Assembly: GCF_001194135.2 (NCBI RefSeq)
Contig: NC_068982.1
Coordinates: 130,328,321-130,392,320 of the forward strand
Direction: 5' to 3'
DNA length: 64,000 nucleotides
From: Octopus bimaculoides
Taxonomy: Eukaryota
Shown here: positions 55,753 to 64,000 of the stretch, one piece after another
Position numbering within the stretch: the first letter of the stretch is position 1
Layout of the letters: each line of letters starts with the position of its first letter
Notes under the pieces: model-generated
Databases searched by the model: none
The model's input: the letters and a program-made list of their open reading frames with translations, nothing else
Told to the model about the DNA's origin: nothing
Translations under genes and position numbers: made by a program

Positions 55753-57041
55753 ATATTCATTTATGTCCATTACATTTGGAGTTAAAATCCCGTTGAAGTG
55801 GGCTTGTCAGTCGTTCCTCTGTAGTTAGTAAAAGGCGCTCAAGTGAAGTGAAGAGGTGATGGATGAAACTGACATACTTTCCATAAAAAATCTGAGTCTT
55901 GTGCCTCTGTTAAGTAATATTATTATTATTTTTGTTTTTCGATTGAATCACCAAGTTTAGCTCTTGTACCTGAATTGTACATGGGGATGTTTCTAATTGT
56001 TAAGGGTGTTCTTTTATTTATTTTCGTGTTTTCGCAAACGTATAATACCTAGCAACGTTACTTTTGTATAGTGTGCTATTTTGTAATCTTGCCAAATATT
56101 TGTATGCATGCCTTTTTTTTTTAAAAAAAAGAACTAGACTCATAACAATCACTGTTAATAGAATTGTCTTTCTTTTATATAGACTATTTCTCCAACTCTT
56201 ACAGTGAAATTCTCCCTTTGCTATGATTGACATATATGTAAACAAACTCTTTTGACTCTGCAATTCTTAACAACGATGTCTGGCTTGTATGCACAAATAC
56301 CTATCTGCTTATGCATTGGCATCTACTGCATTATTAAAGCGCAGTTCTTGTTGCACATTTTTTTGTTTAGTGTGCATGCACGATAAGTTTTTTCGTGCCA
56401 ATTCTGTGACATTGACAGTATTTTCAGTATGCAAAGCTATTCATTTCTTTCTGTCTGTTGATATACTAAGATTTAATATATTTAGATAAGAAACTAAAGA
56501 ATGTCGGTTGTGTATTTGCAGTGCCACACCGAGGCTACAGTTAGTAGGATCGCTTCGACTTTTATGATGAATAGCTAATAAAAAGGATGGATGGATGAGT
56601 CGATATTTTTTTTACTACACGGTTGAAGAAGTCGTAGGCTCGTGTCCTATCTGCAAAACTACGTATCCAGGATTAAGACGCTTAGTTTTCCCTACCCCTG
56701 AGCTGAGGTAGAGAAATATATGTGCAGTGGTATTACTATGAAATTAACGGACATTTTGTTGTTTACAGTGCCATGTTTAACTTCTTCAGTGAAAGACATC
56801 TCTGACAGATCAACGTCCTAACCAGAAAAATGATTAACATTATTATTAAACACTTTTGCTTGTTCTACGAACAAATAGTTAAGTCAAACAATGATACTTG
56901 AGATAAGTTTCCAATTATGCACACATATTCAGACATAAACTACATAAATCCCTGCATATATTTATGCATCATGCATATACCAAGAAGGTCGCATATAGAA
57001 AGATATGCTCAAAGGCTCATTTATATATTACTTTTACATAA

Positions 57042-57088
<47 letters not shown>

Positions 57089-57520
57089 TTTTATTCACCT
57101 ACGGACGAAATAAATGCATGTACAAAAACATTTATAAGAGAAATAAAACTAAAGAGATTTAATATAATTAATATTGTTTGTTATAGAATCTGAGGATGAA
57201 ATTAAGAAGTTTCTGCTTGTCTGGTGAAGTCAAAGATTTCTTGTGACACACCCGGTGATACAACAATTTAGTCGCTTTTTCAGCAGATTTTAATCTTGAC
57301 TAAAGCAACTTCNNNNNNNNNNNNNNNNNNNNNNNNNNNNNNNNNNNNNNNNNNNNNNNNNNNNNNNNNNNNNNNNNNNNNNNNNNNNNNNNNNNNNNNN
57401 NNNNNNNNNNNNNNNNNNNNNNNNNNNNNNNNNNNNNNNNNNNNNNNNNNNNNNNNNNNNNNNNNNNNNNNNNNNNNNNNNNNNNNNNNNNNNNNNNNNN
57501 NNNNNNNNNNNNNNNNNNNN

Positions 57521-57555
<35 letters not shown>

Positions 57556-59125
57556 GTATATGTCTATATATATATATATATAATGTATATGCGTATGTGT
57601 GTTTGTTTGAGTGTGAGTGCATGTAGGCATTAATTACTTCAATCAGCCATTTGTTACGAATGCCGGAAGTTAGCTAGGACATTTGAAGACATTTGTGTGT
57701 ATTTGTGTATGTGTATGTGTCTGTTTTGAACCCAGCAGTAATTTATACAAATACCACCCACAGATAGGAAGACGTTAAGAATTCCTATTGGACCTTTATT
57801 GAGAAGACAACAAACTTAACGTCGATTTTAGCAGTAACTAACTAGTTAACTAATTCTAAAGAGAAGTGAAATAGAAATTGATGTTAAGATTTTTACACAC
57901 ACACACGCACACACGCACGCACACGCACGCACACGCACACACACACACACAGACACACACACATGTATACGTGTGTGTGTGTGTGTGCGTGCGTATTTTA
58001 CACATCAAAATATGTAGCCGCGCAGACAACCTAAAGAGACAGTTGGTTTTTACATTGAAGTATCTCAATAAAGGAGGCCTTTATTATTATTTCTATTACG
58101 CTCATGTTGACTTTCGAGATAGGAACCAAACAAATATGTATGGAATGGAGAAAATTTTGAATACTCTAGCCAATATCTCATAAACGTTCGCATTCGAGGG
58201 AGAAATGTATTCCCAAAACACAGAGCAGAACATTTTTATGTGCATGAGTGTGCGTGTGTGTGAGTGAGTGCGCAAGCGCGTGCCATCGTCTGTCGTATGC
58301 ATGGACTATGAAAAAGTTGAAAAAGAATTACATTTGCGGGTGATATAAGCAATAATATTTAATCCTATGAATAACAACCTGCCTTGATCCTCGACACATA
58401 TAAGATCAAGTTCAGATGTGGATCATTGCCATCTTCTGATGTTAGCATAAAATCTCAGATTCAGCCGGGGAAAAAAAAACTAATAAACTAATGAAATTAT
58501 AGAATATTTATACCATTCACGATGTAATTTCAGTGTGTTTAGTTAAGCAATAAGTTCCGCTACCATGTGGTTTCGGGTTCAATGCCAGCAAATTATTCTG
58601 CTATAATTCCATGGTGCCTTATTTAGGCCCGTCGCTAACCTTAACATTACATCTTACTGGAAGACCCATCCTGTGCACGGCGTTTTTATAATTGGTAAAT
58701 TTAAAGACAAAAAAATCTGCCGTTATTTAACTAAATTTATATTGTTAATAAATAAATCCTCAGTATTCTAACTTGATAAGAATAATTTTGATTTACATAT
58801 GTAATGATATAATTTTTAATTATATAATCGGTGCATTATATTATATCTAAACCATGTTCTACTACACTCAGTTTTATTAACGATCCTGTCGATACTGACT
58901 CAGTTATTGTTGTTGTTCAGGTCAACTATAATTCAGCAGACCTATAATCAATGATTAGCCATGACCCTCTCTTCGTTTTTTCTCATCGAACTAAAATTAC
59001 TCTGTTTAATATTTGTCTGTCCTTATAAAACAGCGAACTATACTCAGGGAAGATTTATTTGCTATTTCTATAATTCTGCTCTCGTATCCAATATATGAAC
59101 CACTCGTGATATATACGTCTGGTTT

Positions 59126-59128
<3 letters not shown>

Positions 59129-59157
<29 letters not shown>

Positions 59158-59410
59158 TGTATGTATGTATGTATGTATGTATGTATGTATGCATGCATAT
59201 ATGTGTGTATGTATGTATTATGTATGTATGAATGTATGTATGTGTGCATGTATGTATGTATGTGTGCATGCATGCGTACGTGTATGTATGTATGTATGTA
59301 TGCATGTATGTATGCATCTATGCATCTATGTATGCATCTATGCATCTATGTATGTATTGAGAGAGAGAAAAAGAGAGAGAAAGAGAGAGAGAGAGAGCGA
59401 GAGAGAGAGA
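59129..59410. repeat. Compound (TATG)n and (GA)n microsatellite
   Basis: Direct reading of the sequence. Confidence 0.95.
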
Positions 59411-59419
59411 GCAAACAAA

Positions 59420-59792
59420 TTATTACCTCTGCCTTAGCGAAGGCGGAGGTATTGTTTTTTGTCGGGTTTGTTTGTTTGTTTGTCCGTGGACAAGATATCT
59501 CAAGAACTACCAGATGGATCCGGATGAAACTTTCAGAGATGTTTGGCCTCATGACTGGCACGAACTGATTATATTTTGGGATCGATTCGGTGCCGGACAA
59601 GGATTTGGGATTATTTTTCCTGTGCTTTTACTTAATTTTTGAGAGCGATCGTGTTCATTTTTAGTATTCTTGTTTGTGAGAGCAGTCGAATTTATTTCAG
59701 ATATTCTCGTTTTAAATATCATCTCTGGCTAATCATTGAGAGGACGTTGGTGTTGCCTTGGCGGAGGCTTGCGCTCTCTGAGTGCTCTTGTT
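59420..59792 (+). mobile_element. Helentron-associated non-autonomous element (HINE, DINE-1/pearl-like)
   Basis: 5' hairpin tacctctgcctt-agcg-aaggcggaggta, internal (GTTT)n, 3' subterminal repeat ggcggagg and terminal palindrome gcgctc-tct-gagtgc, with TT at both flanks. Confidence 0.75.
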
Positions 59793-60122
59793 TATATTAT
59801 TTATACATATTTGTTTTTTATTCTCTTAACAAACATGCTGTAAAGAAAACACATATACTCAAAATTTTTGTTTAATATCAGCGATATTAACATGCGAGAT
59901 TACTGAAGAGACGATCTATAATGCCTAGAATAGAACTACGTAAGTGAAACCTTTTCTATAAATATGGTTTTAACTCCAGTCACACATTTAACAGTTGCTT
60001 GTCTGTATTTGATCTTCAACATACAAAGAATCTGAAGTTCAGACTTAAATACACTTAACGCAGGGAGACGTGACAAGTGCATGGAAAGCTGAACACTAAC
60101 ACATCACAGACATATGATGATG

Positions 60123-60171
<49 letters not shown>

Positions 60172-61150
60172 TAATAAAGAAACTACTGCAAAAGGGGAAA
60201 GAGAAAAAGTAAGAACAGAAGAGGCAGCGAGAACAATCTCGGTTGTCTTAAATAAGCAGTTATTTTCTAATTACTTAAAGACGAAAACCCCAACAAAAAT
60301 AAAGTTTCTCAGAGGAAGCTATCTACTCCTGTTCTATTAAAGGATCAAACTGCATCCAGATGTGAATTTTACATCGAAGCTTATATACTCGTCAAAAGTT
60401 AATGTTTTTTTTCTTTAATTTACTTTTTGAAAAACCACTAAACCATACATATAGACTCATCTATTCTTACTTATATAGATGGGCCGCCAATATACGGAAA
60501 CAAGCGTTTGCTTTTCTTGAATCACATTTATTTTCATTCTACTTCTTTGCTCCATGTCCCTGTCTATCTTTCTATCTCGCACGTGTGTTCTGCAATAAGT
60601 TCCTTTCTGTCCCTCTGCCACTCTGTTTCTCTATATCACCATCTATCTCTTCATTTCTTACCACATACTTCCCCCAATTTTACAGGTTCTTATAGATGAA
60701 GGCAGACTCAAAGTCTGGCATGTTTTTACCAGAATAGATTCAGCAAGTAGATTTAACACCACACACACAGACACAGACACACAGACACACAGACACACAG
60801 ACACACACATACACACACACACAGACACTCGCACAAATCCACATATATGCGATTCTATCATGAAGTATATGACTATATCATATATATATAAATATATATA
60901 TATCTTACTTTTGTGTGTGCATGCATGTGTATGTGTGTGTGTATAAAATTGTATATACGTGTGCATATATGTAGGCATATATATGTGTATACATACTTAT
61001 ATACTTTAATACATTCATATAAAAGTTTAGAGTAGACAATAAAGGACCTAGTTGTTGGTAGGCTTGGGATTGTGAATTCTGTGTAAAGCTCTAAGAAGCA
61101 GTAAGTGGTAAAGGATAATTAACTAGAAAAATATTCCTTCTCTCTCATTC

Positions 61151-61208
<58 letters not shown>

Positions 61209-61379
61209 GGATGGTTTTCCGTCGATTTCGACGATGATGATTCAGTTGTTCAATCGAACATGCAAATTTAATATAATTCTCGGGCGAAATCCGCATAACA
61301 CATTGCATGTCATGACCACCATTTTGAATTACGTTTACGATCCAATTGACGGGCAATTATCACCTAGTCTACTTCACTT

Positions 61380-61795
61380 ACAAATTATGAAATTTTGGGG
61401 TGAAGTGGGTGGGGGGACAGTCAATTACATCGACTCAGCTGGTACTTATTTTATCGATTTCGAAAGGTTGAAAGGCAAAGCCGACTCAGCAGAATTGGAA
61501 CTCAGAATATAAAACCGGAAGAAACACCGCTAAGCATTTTCTTTCGACGCACTAATGATTTTGCCAACTCACCGCCTTAAATAATGATAATTCTTTCTAT
61601 TGTTGGTACAAAACCTGAAATTTAGGATGAGGTAGTAAGTCGATTACATCGACTCCAGTATTTTACTGGTACTTAATTTATCGACCCCGAGCGGATGAAA
61701 GGCAAAATCGACCTCAGCGGAATTTGAACTCAAATCATAAAGACGGACAAAATGCCGCTAAATATTTCGCCCGGCGTGCTAACGATTCTGCAGAT
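61380..61795 (-). mobile_element. Two tandem family A SINE copies
   Basis: Repeated gtacttatttt/aatttatcga...gaaaggcaaa(g)tcgac...aatt(t/g)gaactca...ccgctaa blocks at 61380-61578 and 61596-61795. Confidence 0.85.
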
Positions 61796-61797
61796 CA

Positions 61798-62715
61798 AGT
61801 CTGGCATGTAAACGTAAAGCTCGTAGGGTAGACCATTCAAACCAACTAGCCATTGCTTCCGTATTTCAAAGCCCGTTATCGGCCTTTCGCAGCGCTTCGC
61901 CTCCGTCACCGAGAGCCGCGGCAGCCGGTCGAGGCAGGACGTGAAATCCATCCTGCGACTCGGCTCAGTTGAGCAAAGTGTAGCTGAAAGGCCGCACACA
62001 TCTGTCTCGGATCAGTTATCACTTGCCCTTTGTGGTTCGGCAACGATCGGATCGTGGATTTATTTCTACGCCGTGCCTCTGTCACTTGGGCCCATTGAAC
62101 CGCTTTCGTCCCTTCGTGTCTAAGTGCTCGTACCTTAGCTCCGACAAAGCAACCTTCATGTTTCGCGTTGAAAAATTGGTCGAATGCTAGTCTCACTGCG
62201 AGCACATCGGTCGCGATGCCTTTTCTAAAAGCCTCGTGTAACTTCTTGACTAGCTCTGTCTCTACTCTGTTTCTTTCTACTGCAAGTCCTTTTCTAAACC
62301 CTATCGATTCTATTCTAATCGCCATTTTCAGGGCAAACCACCATTTATTGTTGATTATTACCCCTGTCAACGCCCTTTTAATTAATTCACTAATCCGCTC
62401 ACTGAAATATTTACGTGTCGGTAACGACATGTTCAGCTTTCAGTAACCGGGTCCCTGTCTATGAAGCCAATTTAAGGCGTCTGTACAGATCACGAATTTT
62501 TGGTCTGTGTGTCTGTGTAGTCGATTACTTTAAATTGTGGACAACCTATACTGTCCTTATCTGCTACTCTACAAATACCCTATCTAGATTCGATCTGGAT
62601 GACCCTATGCAGTTTGACCAGGTCCATACTGGCACATCCGGGAAATCCAGTCGATACCTGTCAGACAGTTGGAATCGTCTGATCAGGTTTGCGAGGCTTT
62701 TGCACTCTCCTCTCT
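61798..62715 (-). mobile_element. L1/Tx1-clade LINE ORF2 fragment (endonuclease end, linker, start of RT region)
   Basis: WTWSNCIGSSRSNLDRVF is the APE C-terminus, followed by GPGY*KLNMSL (GxGxWKLNxSLL), KWWFALKMAIR and IRSL...GQVITDPRQM...HF. GLNGLPYELY corresponds to the SPGxDGLPxEFY motif. Frameshifted. Confidence 0.85.
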
Positions 62716-62722
62716 AATCTGC

Positions 62723-62768
<46 letters not shown>

Positions 62769-62769
<1 letters not shown>

Positions 62770-63204
62770 TGAAAATCACGGCCTACAAAAGCAAAGACGT
62801 GGTATGAGATAACTCCAGAAGGAGTCATCGAAAATGAGAATTACAAAACTCTGTTGGTTCCAATGATCCAGTGCGATCACTGGACCACAGACATCGGGAA
62901 CCAGACATTATTGTGGTGAATAAAAAAGAAAGAACATGTATGTTAATTGACATAGCATGTCCCAGTAACAACAGGATCAATGTGAAAGAAGAAAAAATAA
63001 ACTATGACGATTGTGGTCATTGAAGAGAGTAGGCGTGATACCGATAGTAACTGGTGCACTTGGAAGTATCAGCACATGGCTGAAAACGACTGGTGCAAGT
63101 GTGAAGGTAGAGCACCTACAAAAATCAAGTGTCACCTTAGTCTGCTGGCTGTGGACAGCTAACATTTACCATCATATCCAGTAAAATAAGCTGTGAGTTT
63201 TCAT

Positions 63205-63205
<1 letters not shown>
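62769..63205 (+). mobile_element. 5'-truncated Dong/R4-clade retrotransposon embedded in (TAA)n
   Basis: WYEITPEGVIENENYK, HREPDIIVVNKKERTCMLIDIACPSNNRINVKEEK and VIPIVTGALGSI form the RLE domain. (TAA)n lies at both 62723-62768 and 63206-63269. Confidence 0.88.
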
Positions 63206-63269
<64 letters not shown>

Positions 63270-63445
63270 TTCTACTAAAAGTTCAAGTCCTCACATTTTG
63301 GAGGAGGGGGCTAATCGATGGAATGGACCCTAATATTTGACTGGTACTTATTTTATCCACGCCGAAATGAGGAGAGGCATTTGAAATCAGAACGTTAAGG
63401 CAGACAAAATGCTGCTAAGCAATTTGTCCGACATGCTAACGATAT
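63270..63445 (-). mobile_element. Family A SINE whose (ATT)n tail merges with the Dong-flanking TAA run
   Basis: tttctactaaaag...gactggtacttattttatc...atttgaaatcagaacg...gctaagca. Confidence 0.7.
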
Positions 63446-64000
63446 GTTTTGATCACGCAAGTTTGTTTTCTCTTTCACGGTAAACAGTAATTGAATTACT
63501 GGCTTTATTATATTTAGAACTATTTGCTTGCGATGCGTAGATATGGAAGTTTAATTCTTTACATAGAAAATCATAACCAACAAACTGTCTCTGCATGTCC
63601 GCTTTCAATTTGCAATCAATTTTCCTCCTTGCGTCTGATAGTGAATTATTATTAATGCAAATGTGTTTTCTTTTCATTACGGAAGTTTTTGTGTTCATTA
63701 TTGGGCGAATTACACCTCATTTAAGTACACAATATTAAAAATGTTTCAAAGTATAAATCAAACTTAATCGGTCTAGAACATTTTGAGTCTCATTACACTT
63801 TCATAGATGCAGTTGTTTAAATCATAATGGTTGATGAAACAATAGAGCTTTAGCTTATTAACATAACAATACGTTTCAACAATATCTAAGTACTACGTTA
63901 ACCAGAGCCATTGAAACAGAAATAAATCCACACAATGGTGAGGCTTTCAATTGCAACTGAACCTGACCCGTCCGTTCTGGTGTCTCGCTGTCTAGCCAGC

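Noticed and set aside
63206-63445. Idea that family A repeats are TAA-targeting non-autonomous partners of Dong
   Set aside because: In reverse orientation family A has tRNA-like A/B boxes, so the TAA run is better explained as its (ATT)n tail.

Overview
AT-rich, microsatellite-dense animal genomic DNA with eight N gaps. The SINE and LINE repertoire looks like an octopus (coleoid cephalopod) genome, which is an inference from recalled repeat sequences. The window lies inside one large minus-strand gene, a multiplexin (collagen XV/XVIII-like). I reconstructed seven phase-consistent coding exons by hand (54792-54227, 35986-35921, 14204-14139, 9434-9302, 6878-6721, 4060-3769, 2585-2539; 1328 nt, about 443 codons). 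They encode a TSPN/LamG domain, a Ser-Gly glycosaminoglycan-attachment linker and the start of a multiply interrupted Gly-X-Y helix. The signal-peptide exon and the C-terminal endostatin exons were not found and probably lie outside the window. The introns hold tRNA-derived SINEs (several as inverted pairs), relics of mariner/Tc1, CR1, RTE, L1/Tx1, R4/Dong and Penelope-like elements, and a Helentron-type HINE. The most notable observations are: a sharp CpG-depletion boundary at about 10.6 kb inside the gene, suggesting an internal promoter or second transcription unit; a TSPN domain lacking both conserved cysteines; a frame-preserving 66-nt GAG exon next to an inverted-SINE hairpin; a possibly TACA-targeting R4-like retroelement; and a degenerate Penelope-type minimal hammerhead ribozyme. 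Nearly all other ORFs in the supplied track are microsatellite or N-gap artefacts.
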